From Octopus sinensis (Eukaryota), in assembly GCF_006345805.1 (NCBI RefSeq), contig NC_043026.1, positions 11,945,579-12,009,578 on the forward strand: a stretch of 64,000 nucleotides of DNA, given 5' to 3'. Below are positions 49,831 to 62,462 of this stretch, one piece after another; position 1 is the stretch's first letter; the number at the start of each line of letters is the position of its first letter. Made by a program: the position numbers and the translations under genes. Below the pieces are notes generated by a model. It was not told the DNA's origin. It worked only from the letters and a program-made list of their open reading frames with translations, and did not search any database.

Positions 49831-50130
49831 TTATAATGTACCAAAAGGTGAAACTTTGCTGTTTCATTTTTCCAAATCTTCCCATACTGAATCCTGTAAA
49901 TCCTCACAATTTGTTGAGTGCAACATTATGATGTAGGAGCTGCAGAACTGCAAAGAGAATTTGGCAATCAAGAAGTTATGACTAATAATAGGATTTCTCT
50001 TTCATTGTTGGTGTAATGTTATAGTTCTGAACCATGGACTGCAACCGTGTCGGGGCACCATCTTCATAAATTTTTAGTTGAATGACTCAACCCCAGTACA
50101 TTTGAGAAAGTTTTGGATAAAATCCCCACA

Positions 50131-50297
50131 TAGGCACAGGAGTGGCTGTGTGGTGAGTAGCTTGTTTACCAACCACATGGCTCCGGGTTCAGTCCCACTG
50201 CGTGGCACCTTGGGCAAGTGTCTTCTACTATAGCCTCGGGCCGACCAAAGCCTTGTGAGTGGATTTGGTAGACGGAAACTGAAAGAAGTCCGTCGTA

Positions 50298-50346
<49 letters not shown>

Positions 50347-50965
50347 GAGGCGCCATAGCCCAGTGGTTAGGGCAGCGGACTCGTGGTCATAGGATCGTGG
50401 TTTCGATTCCCAGATCGGGCGTTGTGAGTGTTTATTGAGCGAAAACACCTAAAACATCCACGAGGCTCCGGCAGGGGATGGTGGTGATCCCTGCTGTACT
50501 CTTTCACCACAACTTTCTCTCACTCTTACTTCCTGTTTCTGTTGTGCCTGTATTTCAAGGGGCCGGCCTTGTCACTCTCTGTGTCACGCTGAATATCCCC
50601 GAGAACTACGTTAAGGGTACACGTGTCTGTGGAGTGCTCAGCCACTTACACGTTAATTTCCCGAGCAGGCTGTTCCGTTGATTCGGATCAACCGGAACTC
50701 TCATTGTCGTAACCGACGGAGTGCTTCCATTCCATTCCATATATATATGTGTTTGTGTGTCTGTGTTTGTCCTCCTAGCATTGCTTGACAACCGATGTTG
50801 GTGTGTTTATGTCCCCGTTACTTAGCGGTTCGGCAAAAGAGACCGATAGAATAAGTACTGGGCTTACAAAAGAATAAGTCCCGGGGTCGAGTTGTTCAAT
50901 TAAAGGCGGTGCTCCAGTATGGACGCAGTCAAAATGACTGAAACAAGTAAAAGAGTAAAGAGTAT
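50131..50965 (+). mobile_element. SINE family A split by a family C SINE inserted in its (TA)n tract
   Basis: Family A halves at 50131-50340 and 50735-50965 flank family C at 50343-50728. Confidence 0.8.
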
Positions 50966-51077
50966 AACTTTTACATTTGGGGTGGGGATTGGAAATTTAT
51001 TTATTCTACAAATAAAAAAAGGTTTTTCAAAATGAAAATAGTTTATCATTTTTTGCTCTGCTTTGTTCCAAAGTATG

Positions 51078-51823
51078 CTGTTTGTTCCTTCTCGAGCCAT
51101 GCCTGGCTCATAGGGGCCGGTTTCCTTGGCGTATAGATTCCCCACCTGGACAGAACACCAGTTCATCGCAGGTGAGCTGCAAGATGCAGGAGGAAAGAGT
51201 GAGAGAAAGTTGTGGTGAAAGAGTCAGCAGAAGTTCGCCATTGCCTTCTGCCGGAGCCGCGTGGAGCTTAGGTGTTTTCACTCATAAACACACACATCGT
51301 CCGGTCTGAGATTCGAACCTGCGATCCCTCGCAGGTGAGCTGCAAGATGCAGGAGGAAAGAGTGAGAGAAAGTTGTGGCGAAAGAGTCAGCAGAAGTTCG
51401 CCATTGCCTTCTGCCGGAGCGGCGTGGAGCTTAGGTGTTTCGCTCATAAACACACACATCGCCTGGTCTGAGATTCGAACCCACGATCCCTCGACCGCAA
51501 GTCCGCTGCTCTAACCACTAGGCCATGTGCCTCCACGACAATGATGGATTATATTGTTTTGTTCCTTCTCGAGCCATGCTTGGCTCATAAGGGCCAGTTT
51601 CCCGGTTTCTTGGCGTACAGGTTCCCCACCTGGACGGGACACCAGTTCGTCGCAGGTGAGCTGCAAGATGCAGGAGGAAAGAGAGAGAGAAAGTTGTGGC
51701 AAAAGTCAGCAGAAGTTCGCCATTACCTTCTGCCAGAGCCGCGTAGAGCTTAGGTGCTTCGCTCATAAACACACACATCGCCTGGTCTGAGATTCGAACC
51801 CAAAATCCCTCGACCATGAGTCC
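51078..51823 (-). mobile_element. Two tRNA-derived SINEs, family D (related head to C); the first has an internal ~155-bp duplication
   Basis: Head GGCCTAGTGGTTAGAGCAGCGGAC...GGTTCGAATCTCAG; tail GGCTCGAGAAGGAAC. Confidence 0.75.
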
Positions 51824-51963
51824 TGAACAATTACAAGAAAATGAGGTACTAACTTGTGAAATACAAGGGGCCCGACAATACCCTCTGTGAATTTTTGATT
51901 GTTTTTAATCTAGTTTTTTTTTTTTTTTACAAAATGTATTATATTTGTTCATGTTATTGTGAT

Positions 51964-52744
51964 GGCGAACCTTCGGTATATGTACCGGATACATTTAAAA
52001 AAAGTGGGGTTTTTTTTTATATATGGGGGGTTAGGGTTAGGGATGTGAGAAAAGGGTTTCTATTATCTTCAGAAATGTAAACAAAGTCACGTGTGTACTT
52101 ATACCGAAGCATCGCCTTTTGGGACCCTTGTAGGGGTGGGAGAAAAGGGTTTCTGTTGTCTTCAGAAATGTAAACAAAGCCACTTACAGTACCTATGCCG
52201 AAGGATCGCCTTTTGGGACCCTTGTAGGGGTGGGAGAAAAGGGTTCCTGTTGTCTTCAGAAATGTAAACAAAGCTACGTGTGTACCTATACCGAAGCAAC
52301 GCCTTTTGGGACCCTTGTAGGGGTGGGAGAAAAGGGTTTCTGTTGTCTTCAGAAATGCAAATAAAGCCACTTACAGTGTACCTATACCGAAGGATCGCCT
52401 TTTGGGACTCTTGTAGTGGTGGGAGAAAATGGTTTCTGTTGTCTTCAGAAATGTAAACAAAGCCACCTACGGTACCTATACCGAACCCTTGTAGGAGTGG
52501 GAGAAAAGGGTTTCTGTTGTCTTCAGAAATGCAAACAAAGCCACTTACAGTGTACCTATACCGAAGGATCGCCTTTTGGGACCCTTGTAGTGGTGGGAGA
52601 AAATGGTTTCTGTTGTCTTCAGAAATGTAAACAAAGCCACCTACGGTACCTATACCGAACCCTTGTAGGAGTGGGAGAAAAGGGTTTCTGTTGTCTTCAG
52701 AAATGTAAACAAAGTCACGTGAGTACCTATACCGAAGGATCGCC
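51964..52744. repeat. TIR-bounded element whose body is a 78-96-bp minisatellite
   Basis: Periods 93, 94, 93, 96, 78, 96, 78; termini GGCGAACCTTCGGTATATGTAC / GTACCTATACCGAAGGATCGCC. Confidence 0.75.
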
Positions 52745-52877
52745 ACACTTGCGTAGAAGATCTGAGAAAACTCTAGCGCTTGGAAAGCAGTTAAAAATAT
52801 TCACGCATCCTCGATATAGTAATTAAGTTACAGATGAGATGATTACATCAAAAAATTTTGTCTTCTCCCGTATACTC

Positions 52878-52891
52878 GATACGCATGCGCA
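52878..52891 (+). promoter_or_regulatory. NRF1-like site upstream of the 57.8-kb gene
   Basis: Followed by a GC|GTAAGT donor-like site at ~53023. Confidence 0.4.
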
Positions 52892-53163
52892 ATGGTTATA
52901 CTTTGCGCCAAGTTGCGATGCTTGGTTCATCCTTCTCATCTTCTTCACTCATTTTAACAACTTTTGTAGAATATTTCTCAGCTACTGTACAATTACAACA
53001 ATATCACTTATCAGACATTTGCGTAAGTATTATGCCTGTTAATATTTGTTGGCACTGCTGACTTTTCAACCACCTTCAAAGACAAGAGAAATTTTGGTAA
53101 TTTCCTATTTGACATTCCTAAAATCATAGAGATCCAAAAAGTTAATTCAATAAAAAATTTCGG

Positions 53164-53664
53164 GGCAATCTTTCGTCTCTAGTAGACCTTTCCGTCGATT
53201 TCCGTAAAAAAATTTTTTTTTTACATAATAATAATAATAAACATTGTGTACGGTGCTCAGGTGCACTACAACTCATCGAAAGTGTATATATAATCAGGTG
53301 TAGTTTCGGCGGATTTCGGAAAGCATGAGGGCCTTAAAGGATGCAGTGTCATGGCAGTCAACAACTGACGCAGGCAGTTTGTTCCATGCTTCAGCAACTC
53401 TGAGCGTGAAGAAATGTTTCCGAAAGTCATGGGAGCTGTGTTGTTTTCTGACTTTGTGGGCATGTCCACGTGTGTTAGACACATGGAGAACTTTTGCGGG
53501 AACTTTTGAAGTAATGAGAGCGAAAGAGACTAAGAGAAAGCGATTGTATGACGAGGGAAGTTCTTTTGAAGTTACCGTGCATAGGGTACATTGATGTACA
53601 TGTGTGTGTAAAAATTTTTTTTACGGAAATCGACGGAAAGGTCTACTAGAGACGAAAGATCGCC
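53164..53664. mobile_element. Same MITE family, internally deleted and carrying a CR1 fragment
   Basis: Both TIRs present; imperfect 8-bp flanks AATTTCGG / TTTTTCGG. Confidence 0.75.
53224..53487 (-). mobile_element. Single CR1-like 3' fragment (distinct subfamily) inside a MITE
   Basis: RGHAHKVRKQHSSHDFRKHFFTLRVAEAWNKLP; (ATA)n tail at 53226. Confidence 0.8.
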
Positions 53665-54190
53665 TTTTTCGGCATTCTTTCGATATAACTCGACGAAATC
53701 AAAACACTTCACTTTGGGTATTTCCGTGGAAGTAAATGACAGATCCTTCGAGGATCTTTTCCTTTTGATGGCCAGATTTCAACACAATTTCTAGTTATAT
53801 CTATATTTCACAACCCACAGAAATACCTGAAGTGATACCTGTTTTGATTTTGTCGAGTTATATCGAAAGAATGCCAAAATTTCATACTTATAAATGATAT
53901 ACAGTGCGAACAGCGAGCAAAAATGTTAGACTTATTTTGACTGGAGTGTCGCTTTCGGCACGTGTGAGAATTCGTCAAGAATTCATGGCAAGCAGACCAA
54001 ACAATACAAGTCTCTGAATCTGACAAATATCGAACCAGTGTCGTCATTGTATGCCTTTCATTGATTATCTGCTGATCTGTAAATATTTCGTTGGGATTCA
54101 CAATAAATCAAGGAACAACAGTGAGTCCGCAAGATATGCTAATCGAGTTGAAATGAAATTGAAACTAAAATTCGATTTTACGAATACATA

Positions 54191-55017
54191 GGCGCAGGAG
54201 TGGCTGTGTGGTAAGTAGCTTGCTTACAAACCACATGGTTCCGGGTTCAGTCCCACTGCGTGGCATCTTGGGCAAGTGTCTTCTGCTATAGCCCCGGGCC
54301 GACCAAAGCCTTGTGAGTGGATTTGGTAGATGGAAACTGAAAGAAGCCTGTCGTATATATGTATATATGTGTGTTTGTGTGTCTGTGTTTGTCCCCAAGC
54401 ATTGCTTGACAACCGATGCTAGTGTGTTTACGTCCCCGTCACCAAGCGGTTCGGCAAAAGAGACCGATAGAATAAGTACTGGGCTTACAAAGAATAAGTC
54501 CTGGGGTCGATTTGCTCGACTAAAGGCGGTGCTCCAGCATGGCCGCAGTCAAATGACTGAAACAAGTAAAAGAGACCGATAGAATAAGTACTGGGCTTAC
54601 AAAGAATAAGTCCTGGGGTCGATTTGCTCGACTAAAGGCGGTGCTCCAGCATGGCCGCAGTCAAATGACTGAAACAAGTAAAAGAGAGAGAGAAAGAGTA
54701 AGAGAATGTCAAATATGAAATTACCAATTTTTTTTTTTTTTTGCTAGGCAGACATCGTTGTTAGTTTTTGTATTTTCGAACGAAAAGTTCCTTATTTTCT
54801 ATCACATTGTTTAAGATTAGTTAATTTAACATATTTATACAATGACCCGACAAAGGAGCAGGAGTGGCTGTGTGGTAAGTAGCTTGCTAACCAACCACAT
54901 GGTTCCGGGTTCAGTCCCACTGCGTGGCATCTTGGGCAAGTGTCTTCTGCTTTAGCCCCGAGCCGACCGATGCCTTGTGAGTGGATTTGGTAGATGGAAA
55001 CTCAAAGAAGCCTGTCG

Positions 55018-55088
<71 letters not shown>

Positions 55089-55295
55089 ATATGTTTGTGT
55101 GTCTGTGTTTGTCCCCCTAGCATTGCTTGACAACCGATGCTGGTGTGTTTACGTCCCCGTCACTTAGCGGTTCGGCAAAAGACACCGATAGAATAAGTAC
55201 TGGGCTTACAAAGAATAAGTCCTGGAGTCGATTTGCTCGACTAAAGGCGGTGCTCCAGCATGGCCGCAGTCAAATGACTGAAACAAGTAAAAGAG
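54191..55295 (+). mobile_element. Two SINE family A copies (the first with a ~90-bp duplicated 3' tail)
   Basis: Copies at 54191-54700 and 54857-55295. Confidence 0.85.
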
Positions 55296-55592
55296 TAAAT
55301 CAACTAGCAAATTCTCGATTATTCTCTCATTTATGTTTAATAGTATGGAAATCTACGCGATTATTTTGTGAGGGATTGTCGTGGATGGAATGAAAGTTAC
55401 TGCGAGGATAAGGTACACTCTGTTCTCTCTTGTCGTACATCATCAACTTGAAGGGCGAAAAACTTGTCCAAAATCCTCTATTATGTAGCCCCGTTCAGTA
55501 ATCATCTCCCACCACATTAATTGGCCAGGATAATTAGTAGCAGCTTCACTAGTAATGTTGTGCGTATTCAAGTGCTTCTTAAACCTCCCAGA

Positions 55593-55940
55593 CGTGGAGG
55601 CGCAATGGCCCAGTGGTTAGGGCAGCGGACTCGCGGTCATAGGATCGCGTTGTGAGTGTTTATTGAGCGAAAACACCTAAAGCTCCACGAGGTTCTGGCA
55701 GTGGGTGGTGGTGATCCCTGCTGTACTCTTTCACCACAACTTTCTCTCACTCTTACTTCCTGTTTCTGTTGTACCTGTATTTCAAAGGGCCGGCCTTGTC
55801 ACTCTCTGTGTCACGCTGAATATCCCCGAGAACTACGTTAAGGGTACACGTGCCTGTGGAGTGCTCAGCCACTTACACGTTAATTTCACGAGCAGGCTGT
55901 TCCGTTGATTCGGATCAACCGGAACCCTCATCGTCGTAAC
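55593..55940 (+). mobile_element. SINE family C (small head deletion)
   Basis: Same consensus. Confidence 0.8.
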
Positions 55941-56324
55941 TATAGAAGTACCTTTTTAGCTGAAGTACTCTGTTCCAACGTACTATATGTAACAGTAACG
56001 TGATTGTTTTCATCTTATATCACATATGTGTACGGTTTTCATATTGTGCAAAATGTATCTACATTCGGTTCTGCGAACATAGATTGTTTTACATGTAATT
56101 ATCGGATGTCGTTGTCACTTCCTGCTAACGTAACGTGAATATTAACCATAATGCTAACCCTGAAATGTGTAGGGTATCGATTATTATTTTACTGTGTAAG
56201 GGATTTTTGATTTGCTGCGAATTGGATTCAATCGGAGGCAATCGTTGATAGAAACGAAACTACGAATAATGGGGAATAACTTTGCTTTCCTGATTTACTG
56301 AAGTGAATAAATAAATTCTTTTAT

Positions 56325-56690
56325 TCTTTTACTTGTTCCAGTCATTTGATTGTGGCCATGCTGGAGCATCGCTTTTAGTTGAGCAAATCGACCCCAGGAC
56401 TTATTCTTTGTAAGCCCAGTACTTATTCTATCAGTCTCTTTTTGCCGAACTGCTTGGTTACGGGAACGTAAACACACCAGCATCGGTTGTCAAGCGATGC
56501 TGGGGGACAAACACACACACACACACACACATATGCATACATACGATGAGCTTCTTTCAGTTTCCGTCTACCAAATCCACTCACAAGGCTTTGGTCGGCC
56601 CGAGGCTATAGTAGAAGACACTCGCCCAAGATGCCACGCAGTGGGACTGAACCCAGAACCATGTGATTGGTAAACAAGCTACTTACCACT
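56325..56690 (-). mobile_element. SINE family A
   Basis: Same consensus, reverse orientation. Confidence 0.8.
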
Positions 56691-57385
56691 AGATTATCAT
56701 TATAGATAAGATTATTAAAACATTGTTTTCATTTTTCAACATCATTCTTTTATCTTTTACTTGTTTCAGTCATTAGACTGCGGCCATCCTGGGGCACTGC
56801 CTTGAAGATTTTGGTTGAATGAATCGACCCCAGTACTTATTTTTTAAGCCTGGTACTTTTGCTGAACTGCTAAGTTACAGGAACATAACTTGAAAGTGTA
56901 GCAAGTAGCCGTTTTTAAATAAGGGCACCAATTTGTGGTAGCTGGCAATATGACGTAATGCCGTATTGCCGAAGAAATATTATTGTCGTTTTTCCATTGG
57001 TTAGTATAACTGCTCATATAGGAATTCTAAGAAGTAGTTAAAGAATATTTGTATGTAATTTCGATTCTTTAAAGTCAAGTTGAGCAGTTATAAAAACCCT
57101 GGATTTTGGGAAAAACTTCAGATTTTGTTGGATGTAACTAAACTCCACGACACTCACTCCTTTGAGACATTGGTGATTTTTCATGCCATGTCTAAGGAAA
57201 ATCCAACAAAGGGAATAGCAGTCATTTCCTTTGATTTCTTGATGGAAGCAAATAGAAAATAAAATTTACTGATTAAAGACAAAATAAAAAAATTTAAGGA
57301 GAGTTTACGAAAAAAAACAAAAAACGAAGACAGGTGGTGTACAAAACAAACAGATATATTAGTATAACGCTCAGGAATAGAAAAA

Positions 57386-57427
57386 GTCTTTTACGTTTCG
57401 AGCCTATGCTCTTCTACAGAAAGGGAC
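57386..57427 (-). ncRNA. Minimal hammerhead variant (A6U), Penelope-type
   Basis: GUC(CC)UUU-CUGUAGA-A-GAGC(AUAG)GCUC-GAAA-CG-UA-AAAGAC; palindromic ACGU stem III. Confidence 0.55.
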
Positions 57428-57852
57428 ACAGAAAAAACAAGGAGAGAAAAAAAAGCTTTGTCACACAGTGTAATTAGTTCGGCCAGTTTAGTTATATCAT
57501 GTTAATTAATAAATCTTATGTTAAGGTGAACATTAATGTTTGTAGAAAACATACAGAGACCTACATGCTTCAGGGTCAGTGCTTAACTTCATGCTTAAAT
57601 ATTTCATTTCATTCATTGGTTGTTCCCTATTTTACAGGAAATGGGTTTTAATCACCAACAAATGAATGAATACTTTTACTGATCCTTCTTGATTTTTCTT
57701 TTGGACCCAGATCAAATATTCAACTGGTAAGTAGAAAATTGCATAGTTTCCACGCACGTCATCAGACCTCCATGGTATCTAAGTCAAGAAGATGAACCAT
57801 AATAGATTATAACGACCATTTGTCAGCTTCTAAGAATTCACCGAGAATTAAT

Positions 57853-59151
57853 ATGGAGATCGTTAAATTCTTGGACTCTGTTAACACAACTGTTTTTAAC
57901 GATATAGATACTTTTACGCAGTCAGACAGGGACGAGGAACTTGTTGACAAAAATGTTCCTGAATATTTCTGTGAGATTTGTAAGAAAATATTCTCTTCAG
58001 AACATGAGGTTTTCACACATAAAGAAATAATACACAACAAGGAAAAAACTTTTTGCTGTCAAATATGCGGAAAGTATTTTCTCAAGAACAGTGATTTAAC
58101 AAAACACAAACGGACACACACGGGAGAGAAACCTTTCCACTGTGGAATTTGCGGAAAATCGTTCGCGGATAATTCTACTCTTGTAGTTCACATACGTAGT
58201 CATACTGGAGAGAAGCCGTATCATTGTGGAATTTGCGGAAAATATTTTCTGAAGAACGGGGATTTAACAAAACACAGAAGAATCCACACGGGAGAAAAAC
58301 CTTTCCACTGTGGAGTTTGTGGAAAATCTTTCGCCCAAAATTCCACGCTTGTACTACACACTCGGAGTCATACTGGAGAAAAGCCTTTTCATTGTGAAAT
58401 CTGTGGAAAATCTTTTATCTCCAATAGCGATTTAACACGACACTGTAGGGTCCACACTGGCGAAAAACCCTACAACTGTGGGATGTGTGGAAAATCATTC
58501 GTTAATAACTCCCTTCTTGTTGCTCACAGAAAAATACATACCGGGGAAAAGCTGTTTGATTGTGAAATATGTGGCAAAACTTTTATCACTAACAGTCTGT
58601 TGAAAACACATAAAAAGATACATTCTGGGGAAAAGCCTTTCCACTGTGGAATTTGCGGAAAATCATTTGTCCATAACACTGATGTGAACAGACATGTAAA
58701 AGTACATACAGGAGAAAAACCTTTCCACTGTGGAATTTGTGGGAAGTCTTTCACTCAGAATTCTAGTCTTTTAGTTCACAAACGTAGTCACACTGGAGAA
58801 AAGCCATTTCGTTGCGAAATATGTGAGAGATATTTTGTCACTAAAAGCGATTTGACCAAACATAAACGAATCCATACTGGAGAAAAGCCGTATCACTGCG
58901 ACGTGTGTGGAAAATCTTTTGTTTATAATTCTCTTCTTGCAGTTCACAAAAGATCTCACTCTGGAGAGAAACCGTATTGTTGTCAAATCTGTGGAAAATC
59001 TTTCGTCCAGAACACTGATCTAAGCAGACACAAACGAACCCACACCGGGGAAAAACCGTTCTACTGTGAAATTTGTGGGAAATCATTCTTGGATAAATCT
59101 AATCTCGTTGTTCATGAACGTACTCACATGAAACAAAAACTATATCATTAA
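57853..59151 (+). CDS. C2H2 zinc-finger protein, 14 tandem fingers
   Basis: ORF from 57820 (TTG), first ATG 57853; N-terminus [20 protein letters not shown]; 14 fingers. Confidence 0.93.
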   Translation: MEIVKFLDSVNTTVFNDIDTFTQSDRDEELVDKNVPEYFCEICKKIFSSEHEVFTHKEIIHNKEKTFCCQICGKYFLKNSDLTKHKRTHTGEKPFHCGICGKSFADNSTLVVHIRSHTGEKPYHCGICGKYFLKNGDLTKHRRIHTGEKPFHCGVCGKSFAQNSTLVLHTRSHTGEKPFHCEICGKSFISNSDLTRHCRVHTGEKPYNCGMCGKSFVNNSLLVAHRKIHTGEKLFDCEICGKTFITNSLLKTHKKIHSGEKPFHCGICGKSFVHNTDVNRHVKVHTGEKPFHCGICGKSFTQNSSLLVHKRSHTGEKPFRCEICERYFVTKSDLTKHKRIHTGEKPYHCDVCGKSFVYNSLLAVHKRSHSGEKPYCCQICGKSFVQNTDLSRHKRTHTGEKPFYCEICGKSFLDKSNLVVHERTHMKQKLYH

Positions 59152-59212
59152 ATATCTTTTTTCTGTTTTTAGACATTAGACTGTGGCCAATTAAAAAATA
59201 TTTTTGTTGTTT

Positions 59213-60375
59213 CAAAAGAATACCCTCCATCAGGCATTTGCCATATTCTGAACGCCTTACATTGAAACTCCGACGTCTGGCAGCTGACTTGGCAGACACC
59301 CATAAAATTATTAACCATCTTACAAACAATAACTCTGAGCACCTTTTCAAACTCCACCCATCTAACACCCGTGGACATATTTACAAAGTCAGAAAACAGC
59401 ACAGCTCCCATGACTTCAGGAAACATTTTTTCACGCTGAGAGTTGCTGAAGCATGGAACAAACTGCCGGCATCAGTTGTTAGTTGTCGGAGCACTGCATC
59501 CTTCAAAACTTCCATGCCTTCTGAGATTTGCCAACATTACACCTGATTTTCTCCCCTCCATACACACACAAGCATGTATCTGACTCATACACTGTTCACT
59601 TCCCAGACATTTGTACATTACTGCATATGCAGACACCCATGAAATTATTAACCATCTTATTAACAATAACTCTGAGCACCTTTTCAAACTCCACCTGTCT
59701 AACACCCGTGGACATATTTACAAAGTCAGAAAACAGCACAGCTCCCATGACTTTCGGAAACATTTTTTCACGCTGAGAGTTGCTGAAGCATGGAACAAAC
59801 TGCCAGCATCAGTTGTTAGTTGTCGGAGCACTGCATCCTTCAAAACTTCCATGCTTCCTGAGATTCGCCAACACTACACCTGATTTTCTCCCCTCCATTC
59901 ACACGCAAGCAGGTATCTGACTCATACATTGTTCACTTTCCAGACATTTGTACATTACTGCATATGCAGACACCCATGAAATTATTAACCATCTTATTAA
60001 CAATAACTCTGAGCACCTTTTCAAACTCCACCTGTCTAACACCCGTGGACATATTTACAAAGTCAGAAAACAGCACAGCTCCCATGACTTTCGGAAACAT
60101 TTTTTCACGCTGAGAGTTGCTGAAGCATGGAACAAACTGCCAGCATCAGTTGTTAGTTGTCGGAGCATTGCATCCTTCAAAACTTCCATACTTTCTGAGA
60201 TTCGCCAACACTACACCTGATTCTCTCCCCTCCATACACACACAAGCATGTATCTGACTCATACACTGTTCGCTTCCCAGACATTTGTACATTACTGCAT
60301 ATACTCTATACGCACTTCCTGACAAGTTGTGGTGCACCTGAGCACTGTATACAATAATTTCATTATTATTATTAT
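59213..60375 (+). mobile_element. CR1-like LINE 3' end, three 337-bp units plus upstream ORF2 remnant
   Basis: PYSERL..LRRLAADLADTHKII precedes unit 1; period 337 (59611, 59948); (ATT)n tail. Confidence 0.88.
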
Positions 60376-61425
60376 AATTAAAAATTCACATTTTTTGTCA
60401 AATTATTTTGTTATATTTGTCTATCTATCCAACTGTAAACATTTTAAATATTTTACTAGCTTTTTGTTATAACATGGCAAAAGGGTACATTTTTTGCCAA
60501 AAATTGCTAAATTTGTTCCCAGTCTTCTTTATCCGCAACCAGAATAATAAACTTTCTCTTTCTCTGATAATTCTAATCTTGTTGTTCATGAATGTACTCA
60601 CACGAAACAAAAGCTATATCATTAAATATCTTTTTTCTGTTTTAGACATTAGACCGTGGCCAATTAAAAAATATTTTTGTTGTTTTTGTAAAATCTCAGA
60701 AAATAATTAAAAATTCACATTTTTTGTCAAATTATTTTGTTATATTTGTCTATCTATCCAACTGTAAACATTTTTAATATTTCACTAAACTTTTGTTATA
60801 ACTTGGCAAAAGGGTACATATTTTGCCAAAAATTGCTAAATTTGTTCCCACAGTCTTCTTTATCCACAACCAGAATAATAAACTTTCTCTTTCTCTGATA
60901 ATTCTAATCTTGTTGTTCATGAATGTACTCACACGAAACAAAAGCTATATCATTAAATATATTTTTTTTCTGTTTTAGACATTAGACCGTGGCCAATTAA
61001 AAAATATTTTTGTTGTTTTTGTAAAATCTCAGAAAATAATTAAAAATTCACATTTTTTGTCAAATTCCCTCTCTCTCTCTTTCGGAGAGGCACAAGCACC
61101 TACACACACATATACATACACGGCAGTAACTCCCGCCTACCGAATTCAATCACAAAGCTCTGGTCGGCTCGGGGTTATAGGAGAAGACACCTGCCCAAAG
61201 TGCCACGCAGTGGGACTGAACCCGAAACCATGTAGCTAGGAAGCAAGCTCCCTAACCACACAGCCGTGCCCATATTTGTCTATTTATCCAACTGTAAACA
61301 TTTTAAATATTTCACTGACTTTTTGTTATAACTTGGCAAAAGGGTACAAATTTTACCAAAAATAGCCAAATTTGTTCCCACGGTCTTCTTTATCCACAAC
61401 CAAAATCATAAACTTTCTCTTGAAA
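60376..61425 (+). repeat. 331-bp tandem repeat containing the last ~20 codons, stop codon and 3' UTR of the 57.8-kb ZNF gene
   Basis: GATAATTCTAATCTTGTTGTTCATGAA...TATCATTAA at 60566 and 60897 vs gene at 59092. Confidence 0.85.
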
Positions 61426-61547
61426 ATACTTCAAACTGGTCAAAGTTGAAGAACTCTTGGTTGAATGAATCAACCCCCAATACCTTTTCTTTTTTTAAAG
61501 CCTGGTATTTATTCTATTGGCCCCTTTTTGCCAAACCACTAACTTAT

Positions 61548-61855
61548 GGGGACATAAACACACCAATACTGGTTGTCAAGTGGTAGTGGAAGACAAACAC
61601 AGATAAATGGCAGTGCCCCAGCATGGCCACAGCTTGTGAGCTGAAACTAAATAAAATAAAATAAAATAAAAATACACACACATGCACATAACCAAGAAAA
61701 AAGGGGACATAAACACACCAATACTGGTTGTCAAGTGGTAGGGGAAGACAAACACAGGTAAATGGCGGTGCCCCAGCATGGCCACAGCTCGTGAGCTGAA
61801 ACTAGATAAAATAAAATAAACTAAAAATACACACACATGCACATAACCAAGTAAA
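61548..61855 (+). repeat. ~155-bp tandem duplication of degenerate SINE sequence
   Basis: GGGGACATAAACAC...CACATAACCAAG twice. Confidence 0.7.
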
Positions 61856-61967
61856 AAGCAACAAGAATGGATCGGTAGATTAGTACAATTGTTTCATACT
61901 ATAAACATTTTATTTAAAGCTGCAAATATTACAGCAAATATAATGTCAAGTATTTGTCAGCTAAATC

Positions 61968-62462
61968 ACATCATCACCATCATCATCATCATTTAGCGTC
62001 CGTTTTCCATGCTAGCATGGGTTGGACAGTTCAACTGGGGTCTGTGAAGCCAGAGGGCTTCATCAGGCCCAGTCTGATCTGGCAGTGTTTCTATGGCTGG
62101 ATGCCCTTTCTAACGCCAACCACTCCGTAAGTGTAGTGGGTGCTTTTTACGTGCCACCCGCACAGGTGCCAGATGGAGCTGGCAAACGGCCACGAATGGA
62201 TGGTGCTTTTATGTGCCACTGGCACGGGGGCCAGGCGAGGCTGGCAACGGACACGAACGGATGGTGCTTTTTACGTGCTACCGGCACGAGGCCAGTTGGG
62301 GCGGCGCTGGCAACGGTCACGAACGGATGGTTCTCTTACATGCCACCGGCACTGGTAACTCAGCTGCAATTTCCATTGATCGATTTCGATTCTGATCCTC
62401 ACTTGCCTCAACAGGTCTTCACAAGTAGAGTTTTGTGTCCCAAGAAGGGAAGGTATGCATAT
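61968..62462 (-). mobile_element. Long family E element
   Basis: Shares the extended 5' region with the 46.7-kb copy. Confidence 0.82.

Noticed and set aside
52162-52826. 194-aa and 136-aa repetitive ORFs
   Set aside because: Translations of the minisatellite.
53808-54101. 97-aa ORF next to a GGATCTTTTCC TIR-like end as a transposase remnant
   Set aside because: No DDE or other recognisable motif.
55380-55590. RFKKHL as a GIY-YIG/Penelope fragment
   Set aside because: No GIY or YIG motifs and no proper hammerhead nearby; too short to support.
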